The notes under the pieces were generated by a model that ran no database searches, was not told the DNA's origin, and saw only the letters and a list, made by a program, of their open reading frames with translations. Below, one piece after another: positions 18,162 through 27,563 of a DNA stretch of 64,000 nucleotides. Position 1 is the stretch's first letter. Each line of letters starts with the position of its first letter. Made by a program: the position numbers and the translations under genes. This stretch comes from a virus (lineage: Duplodnaviria > Caudoviricetes): the IMG/VR virus record IMGVR_UViG_3300021592_000001, positions 64,001 to 128,000 of that record; one strand, 5' to 3'.

Positions 18162-18752
18162 CTATTGTTTGTTGTTATTAGTTTTATTACTGACACTAAG
18201 ACTAGCTCTCGGTATATATTTTTTTGCTGATACACCGAGAACTTCTCTATAAGCTTTTCTGACTTCTCTATTTGTGCGGAAACCTAAGCAGTATCTCATA
18301 CTTCTTAGAGATTTGAATACTTTAGGTAAAACGGTCAATATATGAGCTATCGGGACACCAGTCTCATTTTCGAATTCAGTATATTTATGATGTCTTATAT
18401 GTTTATGATTTCTGCATACATAGCTTCCATTCTCTTCTCTTACAATATTAAAAGCTCTCCCGCATACCTTACAATATGGCACACTTGAGTCTTCACGTAT
18501 CCTCTTGTTTCTGATAGCGGAAAGAGCAATTTTGCTCTTCGCTCTTTTGAGTATCCTGTCTATATCACTATGAGGGATTCCTGTTATTATTGATAGTTCC
18601 TTAGCTGAAAGATTTTCCTTTCGGTTCAGCACATATTCCCATATACAATGGCTTGATACAGCTTTAGAATAGAAGCTACATGACCTAGCTTCACATGGGA
18701 CTACCAGTCGTGATTTTGTAAACGGGCATATAAAATTAAATCCTTTCTTCAT
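18162..18752 (-). CDS. Cys-rich protein with sigma region-4-like HTH
   Basis: CPF..PC...C..HC, ENLSAKELSIITGIPHSDIDRILKRAKSKI, CKVC..CRNH. Confidence 0.6.
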   Translation of the reverse strand: MKKGFNFICPFTKSRLVVPCEARSCSFYSKAVSSHCIWEYVLNRKENLSAKELSIITGIPHSDIDRILKRAKSKIALSAIRNKRIREDSSVPYCKVCGRAFNIVREENGSYVCRNHKHIRHHKYTEFENETGVPIAHILTVLPKVFKSLRSMRYCLGFRTNREVRKAYREVLGVSAKKYIPRASLSVSNKTNNNKQ

Positions 18753-19246
18753 TTCAGAGACCCGATATTGCTAAGAATACTGCTAAAGATTTTTTTATTG
18801 CAGATTTTCTCGAAGTAGTATGCTCCCATACATACGCAGTCGCCTATGTGTTTCGGCAGAGCTTCCATAATTTTTTCGTAGGTATTGATTCCGTATTCCT
18901 TCTTCAATGCATTCTTCCATGCGGCTGCTGTGAGGAGACTGACTTCACAGTTTCTGTTACAGGCAGACTGTAAAAGAATTCCTATTGCAATGTTTATTAT
19001 TTCATTATTTAAGCCTTTATGCCTTGACTGATATCTTTCTATTATTATGACATTTGGATTGCATCTTGACAAGAGGGTCTTGATTTCGTTTCCGAACGAT
19101 TTTACATGGCTCTTCAGTTCCTTACTCTTTAGTGTCATGATTGGAAAATTCATGATTCCGCTTTCTGCGATTTTGGCGTCTGCAGTCACGCTAGCATACG
19201 CAAAATTGGACTTTCCTGGGTCAAATGCTGTTATTTTGCTTTTCAT
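18749..19246 (-). CDS. RuvC-like Holliday junction resolvase
   Basis: AFDPGKSN, IIERYQ, WK, HIGD (RNase H fold acidic residues). Confidence 0.78.
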   Translation of the reverse strand: MKSKITAFDPGKSNFAYASVTADAKIAESGIMNFPIMTLKSKELKSHVKSFGNEIKTLLSRCNPNVIIIERYQSRHKGLNNEIINIAIGILLQSACNRNCEVSLLTAAAWKNALKKEYGINTYEKIMEALPKHIGDCVCMGAYYFEKICNKKIFSSILSNIGSLK

Positions 19247-19562
19247 CGTATTTCCCTACGAAATATCGCTTTAGACGTCCCTTTTCGTATAATATCTATG
19301 GACAGTTTACATCCTGCAAATCTACACTTATATATATAGAGGGGTTCTCCTTTATGCTTTCTTTTGTATAGTTTACTGGTAAAAACTGTCAAAATAGCTA
19401 AATAGCTAAAAATATTAACGAAATTGGCATTTAAGCCTTAATTTGTCTTAATTTGCTTAAATGTAGGTATATTTGCTTTGTTTACCGTTAAATATTTACA
19501 ATAAACGAAAAAATGTAATAAAATTAGTAGGTTACGGGCAATGTGATTTTTTGGGTCAAAAA
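19247..19562. promoter_or_regulatory. AT-rich divergent intergenic region at the strand switch
   Basis: All genes diverge from here; short direct repeats AAATAGCT x2 (~19392-19407) and CTTAA(T/A)T x3 (~19437-19462); TTGACA on the minus strand at 19392-19387. Confidence 0.55.
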
Positions 19563-20021
19563 ATGAGAATAATACCAGTCGCATTTAAGGAAGGCGAACT
19601 GATTCCGCCAAAATACACTAGTGAGGGAAAGAACGTCTCGCCTCCCTTTTTGGTCGAAGATATTCCAAAGAGGACTAAGTTCCTGAGACTAGTATGCCGT
19701 GATCCTGACGCTCCTGGTAAGACTTGGATTCACTGGGATATCACCTTCAAGAAAACGAATAAGATTGATGAGAATTTCGAAGCAGTCAAGAAGAATTTGA
19801 TTGTAAAGAAAGGACGCAATAGCTGGAACAATAGATTCTACCAGGGACCGAAGCCTCCAGAAGGAGAGGTTCACAGGTACTATTTTGTACTGTATGCAAT
19901 TGATGCGAGAGGTTCTATTTGTGATAAGGCTGAAACATTTGGAGTGTTTGGTCGTAGGAAAGGATCTACACTGTCTTTTCTGCTGTCGGTTGCTCGCCTT
20001 ATCTTGAACGAGGAAGGTTGA
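19563..20021 (+). CDS. YbhB/YbcL (PEBP/Raf-kinase-inhibitor-like) protein
   Basis: IPPKYT.EG.NVSPP, DPDAP..WIHW, YQGPKPP.G..HRYYF.LYA.D; start set at ATG 19563. Confidence 0.9.
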   Translation: MRIIPVAFKEGELIPPKYTSEGKNVSPPFLVEDIPKRTKFLRLVCRDPDAPGKTWIHWDITFKKTNKIDENFEAVKKNLIVKKGRNSWNNRFYQGPKPPEGEVHRYYFVLYAIDARGSICDKAETFGVFGRRKGSTLSFLLSVARLILNEEG

Positions 20022-20072
20022 ATATAGTGTATGCCCCTGGTGGGGGTTCAGTATTTCATAGGGAGACGTCAA

Positions 20073-21053
20073 ATGGCTTTGCGATACATCAGAGCTAGGA
20101 AAGGACTGACGTACTTGAGGGAAAAAAGGACGAGTGTTCCCACTCGTATAGACCAACTTGAGACTAATCCTTATCTCATTGCTAGAGACGAACTCGTCCC
20201 TGCTGCAGTTGAAATGCAGAAGAAGGCCGTCAAGGTAGACAGAGTCCCTGTCCACTTTTTTCAGAAAATGTCTTTTGGACGGGAATGTTCTTGTACCAAG
20301 TTTAGATATAAGTCACCCGATAAAACTAAATGCAATATCTGCTTTGGAAAAGGGATTGTTGGAGGTTTTAATAAAATAGGGACGAGATTGGAAGTTATCG
20401 ATTCTACTAGACCAGGTCTCAGCCTCTCTGGTATAGAGATAGACGACTCTACTTGTCCGTATCAATTTAAATTGCGGTCAGATTCTCTGACAGGCAATGT
20501 TGATGTTGTACTTGATATTCCAGTCCATACTGATGTGGATGCTGTCGTTCTTTACAGCAGTGGCGATGTTAAAGCTTACGTGAAGAAGATAGACCAGCCT
20601 TCTTATACATTGTTGAGTAGAAGTTCACTTCGTTCTATTGCAAAAGACCAAAAGCAGTTGAATGTTCGCATCACGTTAAGCAGAGCCTCTCTCTCAGATC
20701 AGTCTCCTACATTTACTCACCTTTATATACGTTGGATGATAAATGAAACAGATATCTATGTTGACATGTCTAGGAAGACTGTTTCTGTGAGTATGCAAGA
20801 GTTCAACTTGCCAGATTTGTTACAGTCTATATCTGTTTACATTCCTGCGACCATTTCCAGGGTAACTACTTCTGATTTTTTCATAGTTAGACTTACTCCA
20901 GATGTGGATATAGATGTTTTTAGAGACGAGGGAAAAAGAAGATACAAAATAACGGAAGTAACTGCAAATAAAGCACTTGGAACTGTTGTGAGCTGGGATG
21001 TTACTGCAAGACTTGTTCAGGCTTTTGAAAACTACTCTAGGGTTCCTGAGTAA
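20073..21053 (+). CDS. Putative virion structural (head-closure/neck-like) protein with Cys motif
   Basis: CSC...CNICFGKGIVGGF pattern, beta-rich C-terminus; GGGAG RBS before ATG 20073. Function inferred. Confidence 0.5.
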   Translation: MALRYIRARKGLTYLREKRTSVPTRIDQLETNPYLIARDELVPAAVEMQKKAVKVDRVPVHFFQKMSFGRECSCTKFRYKSPDKTKCNICFGKGIVGGFNKIGTRLEVIDSTRPGLSLSGIEIDDSTCPYQFKLRSDSLTGNVDVVLDIPVHTDVDAVVLYSSGDVKAYVKKIDQPSYTLLSRSSLRSIAKDQKQLNVRITLSRASLSDQSPTFTHLYIRWMINETDIYVDMSRKTVSVSMQEFNLPDLLQSISVYIPATISRVTTSDFFIVRLTPDVDIDVFRDEGKRRYKITEVTANKALGTVVSWDVTARLVQAFENYSRVPE

Positions 21054-21538
21054 TGGAGGTGTCAATGGAAACATTGAAACTGATGGATGAGCTTGTCATA
21101 AGGTACGGTTTTTTCGGCTTATTTCTTTTTTTAGTATCTATATCTATAGTTGTGTATCTGAAATATCTCCGAAAGAGAGTTTTTGTCTTACAGAACCCAC
21201 ATGAGCTGAGTTTAGAAGACCTGAGAAAATATATAAAAAGGGAAGTCAAAACTCAGATGGATAGGCATAGTGTATCTGGTAGTGGTGAAAAGTTGTCCTG
21301 GACGGAGTGGTATAAAGACTGCATTAATCGGAAGCAGATGTGCAGTATGGAGTTCAATGAAATCAAATCTTCGGTTATGGAACTGAAAGCTGCTGTTGAA
21401 AAGAATGATGACCAGATCAGATCACTTCTTGAAACTATACATAAAAACGAGAAAGCTTTTATGGAAAAATTGCATAAGATAGACAATCAGCTCACCTCTG
21501 TATTAACGTTGATAAAAAGAAATAATGGCAGTCGATAA
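21053..21538 (+). CDS. Single-TM coiled-coil membrane protein (holin-like)
   Basis: YGFFGLFLFLVSISIVVYL followed by a basic stretch and coiled coil. Confidence 0.55.
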   Translation: MEVSMETLKLMDELVIRYGFFGLFLFLVSISIVVYLKYLRKRVFVLQNPHELSLEDLRKYIKREVKTQMDRHSVSGSGEKLSWTEWYKDCINRKQMCSMEFNEIKSSVMELKAAVEKNDDQIRSLLETIHKNEKAFMEKLHKIDNQLTSVLTLIKRNNGSR

Positions 21539-21550
21539 GGAGTAAATAGT

Positions 21551-21859
21551 ATGAGACCTGTTAGGAAGATCGTTAAAGAATTGGAGGATAGGAACTGTTT
21601 TTCCTTGGCTAAGGAACTCGAAAGAATAGATGCTGATAGTAGACGCAATAGTTTAAAGAGATTCGCTGGTGAAGAATACAAAGACTACAAGTATGGAGAC
21701 CCGTCTGGAGCAGCTAGTAGACTTCAGAAAGTCATCGAAACAGTGAGAAAAGAAATTAAAATAGCAGGTAGGATGGCTGGCCCCTTTTTAGCTCCTGCTA
21801 TTTTAGATTCATTTAGAACTGAATTAATGCAAATGTTATCCCGTGAATTAAATAGGTAA
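21551..21859 (+). CDS. Small protein with shared helical tag
   Basis: IVKELEDRNCFSLAKELERIDA; AGGAG RBS. Confidence 0.7.
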   Translation: MRPVRKIVKELEDRNCFSLAKELERIDADSRRNSLKRFAGEEYKDYKYGDPSGAASRLQKVIETVRKEIKIAGRMAGPFLAPAILDSFRTELMQMLSRELNR

Positions 21860-21877
21860 ACAATAAGTAAGGAGGAT

Positions 21878-22252
21878 TTGATCATGAATAGTACTATGAT
21901 GGATATAATTGAAGAGCTAGAAGATAGAAACCAGTTCGCTCTAGCTAAAGAACTTGAGGAAATTGAAGCGGCTAGAAAGACTAGGAAAGTTAGAGTTAAA
22001 AGAAAAAAGCCATGGGCGACGTTGCCTCGTGGATGGACAAAAGAAAGCTTAGATAAATTTGCCAGATCGCTTACTAGAAAGACTAAAAGAGATCCGAAAG
22101 GATTCGTTCGAGAGTGCATGAGGAAGTTGAAAGGAACACCTATAAAAGACCCTGCTAGATTCTGTGCCTCTCTCAAGGATCAATATTTAGGAACTACTAT
22201 GTGGAGACCTGGCAGAGGAGGTTATAAAGCTTCGAGGAAGTACAGAAAATAA
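21878..22252 (+). CDS. Small basic protein with shared helical tag
   Basis: IIEELEDRNQFALAKELEEIEAA then WATLPRGWT...FCASLKD; AGGAGG RBS. Confidence 0.75.
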   Translation: MIMNSTMMDIIEELEDRNQFALAKELEEIEAARKTRKVRVKRKKPWATLPRGWTKESLDKFARSLTRKTKRDPKGFVRECMRKLKGTPIKDPARFCASLKDQYLGTTMWRPGRGGYKASRKYRK

Positions 22253-22263
22253 GGGGAGGGGTA

Positions 22264-22872
22264 TTGATGGCTAGGAAGTTCAGACCAGAGTATCTAAAGA
22301 GGATGTCATTTGAAAAGTTTTGGGACGGAGCGAGAAAGTTCTTTCTTGATATCGAATATGCGGCTGCAAGAGATCATTTTAAAGATTGGCTTATAGACTC
22401 GGGATGGCGAGAGAGGAAGATAGAAGAGCTTATGGAGCTTGATATAGAAGATCTCAAATATTTGGGCATTTACAATGATTTGAAGGAGGAATACAAGAAT
22501 TGGAAGGAGAGATATATGGAGAAGTTGGGAATTGTGGTTTCGAGACTAGTAGACAATCTTGTTAGAAGAGGACACATCGATGTCGCCTTTGAACTTGCCG
22601 TAGCTGCTGGGAAGAAGATCAAAGTTAGATATCTTACAGTAAAAAATCCTTGGATTGAAAATGGTCGTATATATTTGGTGATAAACAAGAAGGAGTACGG
22701 ATACGCCCCTAAGAAAGGGTATGGCGGCGCTAAAGTAATAGTAGAAAAATTCAAAGAGAAGCGTAGAAAAGAAGGTATTGGAAAGGCATTGGCATGGTTT
22801 AAAACTGTAACTATACTGAAGGAGCGTGAAGGTAAGCCCGTTAGAGATACGAAGACGAGAAGGCGAAGGTAA
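22264..22872 (+). CDS. Hypothetical protein (internal helical tag; C-terminus similar to the next gene)
   Basis: LVDNLVRRGHIDVAFEL; KEYGY..VEKF..KALAWF. Confidence 0.7.
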   Translation: MMARKFRPEYLKRMSFEKFWDGARKFFLDIEYAAARDHFKDWLIDSGWRERKIEELMELDIEDLKYLGIYNDLKEEYKNWKERYMEKLGIVVSRLVDNLVRRGHIDVAFELAVAAGKKIKVRYLTVKNPWIENGRIYLVINKKEYGYAPKKGYGGAKVIVEKFKEKRRKEGIGKALAWFKTVTILKEREGKPVRDTKTRRRR

Positions 22873-22895
22873 GGAACTTATAAAAGTTAAATGTC

Positions 22896-23108
22896 ATGAG
22901 AGAAGTTAATATAGTAGAGATTGGCAGGGATCCCTACTACGTCATTGTTGACATACGAGGAAGGAAATATAAATATACTGTTAATAGTGAGTATGCTGTA
23001 CGAAAGTTTGTGAAACGTTTGCGTTCTGTGCATTTGTCTGGTGGGGAGGGGTATCGAGCTCTGAATTGGTTTAGAAAAAGATTTAAACCGAAGGAGTGCC
23101 GTTTATAG
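22896..23108 (+). CDS. Small hypothetical protein, paralog of the 22264 C-terminal domain
   Basis: RKYKY..VRKF..RALNWF. Confidence 0.6.
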   Translation: MREVNIVEIGRDPYYVIVDIRGRKYKYTVNSEYAVRKFVKRLRSVHLSGGEGYRALNWFRKRFKPKECRL

Positions 23109-23117
23109 GAGGTTGGC

Positions 23118-23387
23118 ATGTCAGATCTTGTTACTGGTATTGTGATGAAATGTAAGAAAAAAGATTATAAGAAAGGTCGTCCCTGGTGTATCTATAAGCA
23201 CGATCCAAAGGATCCGTCTAAACCTTTGAATCCTCAACCTAAAGGTTGGCCGAAGCATTACAAAACTAAAAAGGATGCTGAATACGGACTAAAAATGATG
23301 AAGACGTTTGGGTCTGTTGTCAATGCTTTGCGCAATAGAGGAGAGACGTGTTTATCTTCTAAACTGGAAGACGTGTTAAATGAATGA
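23118..23387 (+). CDS. Small basic protein with C-terminal helical tag
   Basis: AGGAGG RBS; VVNALRNRGETCLSSKLEDVL. Confidence 0.7.
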   Translation: MSDLVTGIVMKCKKKDYKKGRPWCIYKHDPKDPSKPLNPQPKGWPKHYKTKKDAEYGLKMMKTFGSVVNALRNRGETCLSSKLEDVLNE

Positions 23388-23390
23388 CGG

Positions 23391-24725
23391 ATGAGTGATA
23401 TGATTGCTCTTAGTAAATTTGATAAAATAATAGCTAAAGCTTATAACGACTTACGGAGAGATATAGAAGCGTCGAAGATAATAATAAGATCTGCAGGAGA
23501 TTCCATAATAAAGGACACAAAAAGAAAGGTCGAAAAGCTTCTTTTAAGCCTCGATAAATTTTCCGAAAAGTTAAGAAAATTAAAAGAAGCTTATACATCA
23601 GACAAACATTCCAAGGCTGTTTCTTCATCGTATATAGGCTCTGCACGTCGCATCGAGAAACCGAAGATACCTTCTCCAAAAGCTCCTAAAAGCGTAAAAT
23701 TACGGCAAGCTGACAGAAATTTCCGTATAATGGAGACGTACAGACAGTACGCTAAGGAGCTTATGGATATAGAGGAAAGGTTGTCTAAGATTCCCAAAAG
23801 AAGTGTAAGATCTGTCATACCGAGTATAAAAGCAGCTAGGATTAAATTCAATAAGATATTTCAGCAAGCTCGTGACGCCTTAGAAGCGATAGCGAAAACA
23901 GTAGTCCCCAAAAACCTAATAAATGCGGGCAATTACGTAAGGAAAGAAATCCTTAAGAGGGCTATACAGAAGAAAATAAAGGTAAAAGTTGAAAGAGCTA
24001 TTGTTCGGCTACCTGATAAGAAAGACGTGATCTGTGCTTGTTATGTAATAGTTGAGGGAGCTAAAGATATCAATAAAGAGGATGTCGACGTGTATATTAG
24101 CCTATGGTGCGTTGTAGATTTGAACGATATGGTGTTCTCTGAGATGAGAGCCCGCATCGATTCTGAGTACGTAATTCCTACGATGCTGAAGTCCGAACTT
24201 AGATTGAAAGCTAAGGATCGAGCTAAGTTGATGAAGTTTATCGAGAGAGACCTTTCCAGGATGGGTATCCCTTTACTTAAACCTATGAGCATAGAGGTGG
24301 ACAAAGAAGCTTACAGGAAGGAAGGATTCATTCCAGAAAATATAACTGTTAAAGATAATACTATAACTGTTATAGAATCTGCAGACAAATGTATATTCAA
24401 TCCTGACGATCCTGTTGGTAAATGGAAACTTAGAAAAAGCTATCTGATAGATTTATATGTCGCTACTATGAAGGCTGCTGGGATACCTTTCACCAAAAAT
24501 CCTGTTAAGAGTGTTGGTAGGATCCTTTTCCGAAGACCAAAACTGAACAAGGCGAAAAGAGAAGTAACATTTAAGATGGAGATATTGCCTGTCGGACTGA
24601 CAAAAGATGAGGTTAGGGAAGCCTACTTCAGAAGACTGAAAATCTCCAAAAACGAAGCGGATTTCAGCGAGAAGGTAGGAAATGAGGTTGCACCTGTAAT
24701 TAAAGTGAGGTTGAAGAAAAAATGA
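23391..24725 (+). CDS. Basic hypothetical protein, possibly virion-associated
   Basis: 444-aa ORF in operon; no recognised motif. Confidence 0.7.
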   Translation: MSDMIALSKFDKIIAKAYNDLRRDIEASKIIIRSAGDSIIKDTKRKVEKLLLSLDKFSEKLRKLKEAYTSDKHSKAVSSSYIGSARRIEKPKIPSPKAPKSVKLRQADRNFRIMETYRQYAKELMDIEERLSKIPKRSVRSVIPSIKAARIKFNKIFQQARDALEAIAKTVVPKNLINAGNYVRKEILKRAIQKKIKVKVERAIVRLPDKKDVICACYVIVEGAKDINKEDVDVYISLWCVVDLNDMVFSEMRARIDSEYVIPTMLKSELRLKAKDRAKLMKFIERDLSRMGIPLLKPMSIEVDKEAYRKEGFIPENITVKDNTITVIESADKCIFNPDDPVGKWKLRKSYLIDLYVATMKAAGIPFTKNPVKSVGRILFRRPKLNKAKREVTFKMEILPVGLTKDEVREAYFRRLKISKNEADFSEKVGNEVAPVIKVRLKKK

Positions 24726-25267
24726 TGGAATCTATAATTGCTGAAGTAAAGTCTATAGACTATAATTTTGGAACGGAGATAGAAGGAATCGTTAAAAATA
24801 GAAAGATATTATTAGAGCTGAGGAAAAGTGACAGGAAGCGTCAACAAGCGAATCGTGAAGTTATACACTGGTTTCTGTTGGATAAACTTATCGACAGACC
24901 TGCAGACATTACTAAGTTTAAGAAGACTATTAGAGTTGCTATGAAGAAAGGAAGACGTGTACCCCTCAGTTTATATGCAGATCTTCTGTCATTACTTGAT
25001 GATAAGGAGCTGGCTTCGCTATTTGTAATCCTAAATCGTAGGATTCCAGACTGGCTTGCAGATAAGGATAAGGAGATAAAGGTAGCTGCTAGGGTATATG
25101 CTAAGATGACTCCCCTGCAGCGTAGAAAAATATCTGAGTCTTTGAAGAAGTATTGGAGGAAGGTAAGAAAGGGAGGGAGAAAGCTAAAAGAGAGCAGACT
25201 TGCAGAGCTTCTACGAGAGAAAGCTTCGGAGATTGATCCTATGTATTTTGTTTCTCTCCTGGTCTAA
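24722..25267 (+). CDS. Basic hypothetical protein with NUMOD3-like motif
   Basis: MTPLQRRKISESLKKYW. Confidence 0.65.
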   Translation: MMESIIAEVKSIDYNFGTEIEGIVKNRKILLELRKSDRKRQQANREVIHWFLLDKLIDRPADITKFKKTIRVAMKKGRRVPLSLYADLLSLLDDKELASLFVILNRRIPDWLADKDKEIKVAARVYAKMTPLQRRKISESLKKYWRKVRKGGRKLKESRLAELLREKASEIDPMYFVSLLV

Positions 25268-25279
25268 AGAGGCATTATT

Positions 25280-26428
25280 ATGAGTAAACGAGTGATCTAC
25301 AGAGGAAAATCGTATATATTTAAACAGTCCTTTCTTGATAAGAATGGGAATCCATTAGAACCTGCTGACGATACTTATCCTAGGTATTCTATTTACGATA
25401 TAAACAATTCTGAAGTTGAAGTAGGAACGGGAAAGCCTTCTAATAAGCCTGGATGGTATGCTATTGATTTTGTTGCCCCGGATAATGCTCTTCTCAGTAC
25501 TGACGACTGTAGCTGGAGAATAGAATGGTTGTTTGTAGATAAAGAAGGGAATCACTATCTTAAGGTCGAGGATTTTGATCTTGTAGACGAGACTATATCT
25601 GCAGCCGATGAAATTTCTCAGCAGTTCATATTTTTAGCTAATAAAGACAATAAACTAATAATAAGACTATTTTCTGAACCCTTTCTTATTAGATTAACGA
25701 TATATGACGAAGCAGGATCTCCTACGTCTGTTGAAAATGTTGAGCATCCAGGTAATAAAATTGATAAGATAAGAGATGGCGACAGCTATCTTTACAGCTA
25801 TACGATCCGTGCAGGAACATTTGAAGAGGGACAGACCTACAGCGCTATGTGGGAAATATACGAGAACCCTGATAGTACTCCTGACTATATATGGCAAAAG
25901 ATTGTTGCAGTCCACTGGAAAGTACTGAGGCTCATCCCAGACCTAAGAATGCTAATAGACAAGATTCAGAAAAAGCAGGGAACTGTTCAGGCTTACAGTG
26001 ATGCAGATTTGACCAATTACATAGAACAAGGACTGAGAATGCTTAACGGCTGGCATCCAGTTACTTCATACACCTACAGCACTTTGCCCGATCAGTTGTT
26101 CATATTTTTGCTCTTGTTTTCTGCGTGGTATGCACTCAACTCACAATATATGCTGGAAGTCGATTCTGCGTTTTCCTTTGGAGGACAGACGGTAACTTTA
26201 GATTATGATAGGACTGGTGGTATTGAATCTGAAATTGGAAGATTGATGGAGTTCATAACGGAGCATCTGACCCGAGCAAAAACGGCCGTTTTACGAGGAC
26301 GGTCATTGGGAATTGTGAGTGTTCGTCCTTATAGAGGTTGCCAGCCTGTCGTTAGATGGGCTACATCTGGCGTAGGAATGAATTTATCTCTTACAAAACA
26401 ACTAGCATCTATCTTTGACTGGTATTAA
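25280..26428 (+). CDS. Putative virion structural protein (Ig-like N-terminus, head-tail connector-like C-terminus)
   Basis: Beta-rich N-terminal modules; YSDADLTNYIEQGL..FSFGGQTVTLDYDR. Function inferred. Confidence 0.5.
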   Translation: MSKRVIYRGKSYIFKQSFLDKNGNPLEPADDTYPRYSIYDINNSEVEVGTGKPSNKPGWYAIDFVAPDNALLSTDDCSWRIEWLFVDKEGNHYLKVEDFDLVDETISAADEISQQFIFLANKDNKLIIRLFSEPFLIRLTIYDEAGSPTSVENVEHPGNKIDKIRDGDSYLYSYTIRAGTFEEGQTYSAMWEIYENPDSTPDYIWQKIVAVHWKVLRLIPDLRMLIDKIQKKQGTVQAYSDADLTNYIEQGLRMLNGWHPVTSYTYSTLPDQLFIFLLLFSAWYALNSQYMLEVDSAFSFGGQTVTLDYDRTGGIESEIGRLMEFITEHLTRAKTAVLRGRSLGIVSVRPYRGCQPVVRWATSGVGMNLSLTKQLASIFDWY

Positions 26429-26451
26429 GAAGATAACTTTCGGGAGATACA

Positions 26452-27549
26452 ATGATTACTGTTACTTTAAACCCAGAACAGTTTGAACCAGGAGGTGTCT
26501 GGTACGGAATCCCAAAGTCTAAGGTCAAGATACCTCTTGGAGTTGAGGGAGCTGTTGAGTACGGGCAAAATAGATTCTACACTATAGAAGGTAAGGTAAT
26601 AGATTCCATAGACTATGACGGTCTTAGGATTGCAGACTACGTGTGGCATAGTCTTGCAGGAATAAAAATACGTTTAGGACTCTTGGTTCAGAAGGGACTC
26701 ATCTGCGTTTCTCATAACGGAAGTCCATGTATGAGTCCTTGGGACGTGGTATATTCTTCATTAAGTTCGAGCTCTTCATCGATGTCAAGCTCAAGTTCTT
26801 CAAGTAGCTCGAGCTCATCAAGTTTTAGTAGTTCTAGTTCGAGCAGCTCTAGCTCCAGTAGCTCTTATAGCAGTTCTTCGAGTTCGTCCAGTAGTTCTAG
26901 TTTTTCAAGTTCGTCAAGTTCCAGCAGTTCTAATAGTAGCTCTAGTAGTAGCTCTTCAAGTTCAAGCAGTAGATCCAGTAGTAGTTCTCTCAGTTCGAGC
27001 AGTTCTTCCAGCTCTAGTAGTTCTAGCTCCAGTTCACTGTCTAGTAGTTCAAGTTCTTATAGCAGTTCTAGTTCCAGTTCTTCTTCCAGAAGCTCTAGCA
27101 GTTCCAAAAGTTCCAGTTCCTCTTCTTCGTCAAGAAGCTCTAGTTCTGAATCAAGCAGTTCTTCAAGCGTCAGTAGCTCCAGCAGGTCGAGCTCGTCCAG
27201 GAGCAGCAGTTCAAGTAGCATAGTTCCTATCACTGTAAATGCTACTCTGTACGATAGCGAGCTCAATCCGATAGGGACGTTTACTTCTGATCCCTATTAC
27301 GGTGTTCCAGACGGACAGTTACATGAGATCACCTTTAGTAATGCTACTTACGACAATAATCAAGTATATACTATCAAGTTTACATCTGAGCATCCGAAGA
27401 TACCTCCGTGTCAGGATTATGTAGACGTTAATTTCAACACTGCCAGCGATATACGCTATGCGTATGATCCTTACAGTACTCATTGGCTAGCTTTAGATTT
27501 GGTCTTCTCAAGGCAACTTCTCAGTGTAAAAATGAAGTTATGTCCCTGA
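26452..27549 (+). CDS. Poly-serine protein 1 (N domain - ~155-aa Ser tract - SDPYYG/PPCQ domain)
   Basis: Open frame through a Ser tract with mixed codons; C-terminal domain shared with 27564 and 31105. Confidence 0.85.
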   Translation: MITVTLNPEQFEPGGVWYGIPKSKVKIPLGVEGAVEYGQNRFYTIEGKVIDSIDYDGLRIADYVWHSLAGIKIRLGLLVQKGLICVSHNGSPCMSPWDVVYSSLSSSSSSMSSSSSSSSSSSSSFSSSSSSSSSSSSSYSSSSSSSSSSSFSSSSSSSSSNSSSSSSSSSSSSRSSSSSLSSSSSSSSSSSSSSSLSSSSSSYSSSSSSSSSRSSSSSKSSSSSSSSRSSSSESSSSSSVSSSSRSSSSRSSSSSSIVPITVNATLYDSELNPIGTFTSDPYYGVPDGQLHEITFSNATYDNNQVYTIKFTSEHPKIPPCQDYVDVNFNTASDIRYAYDPYSTHWLALDLVFSRQLLSVKMKLCP

Positions 27550-27563
27550 TTGGGAGATGAATA

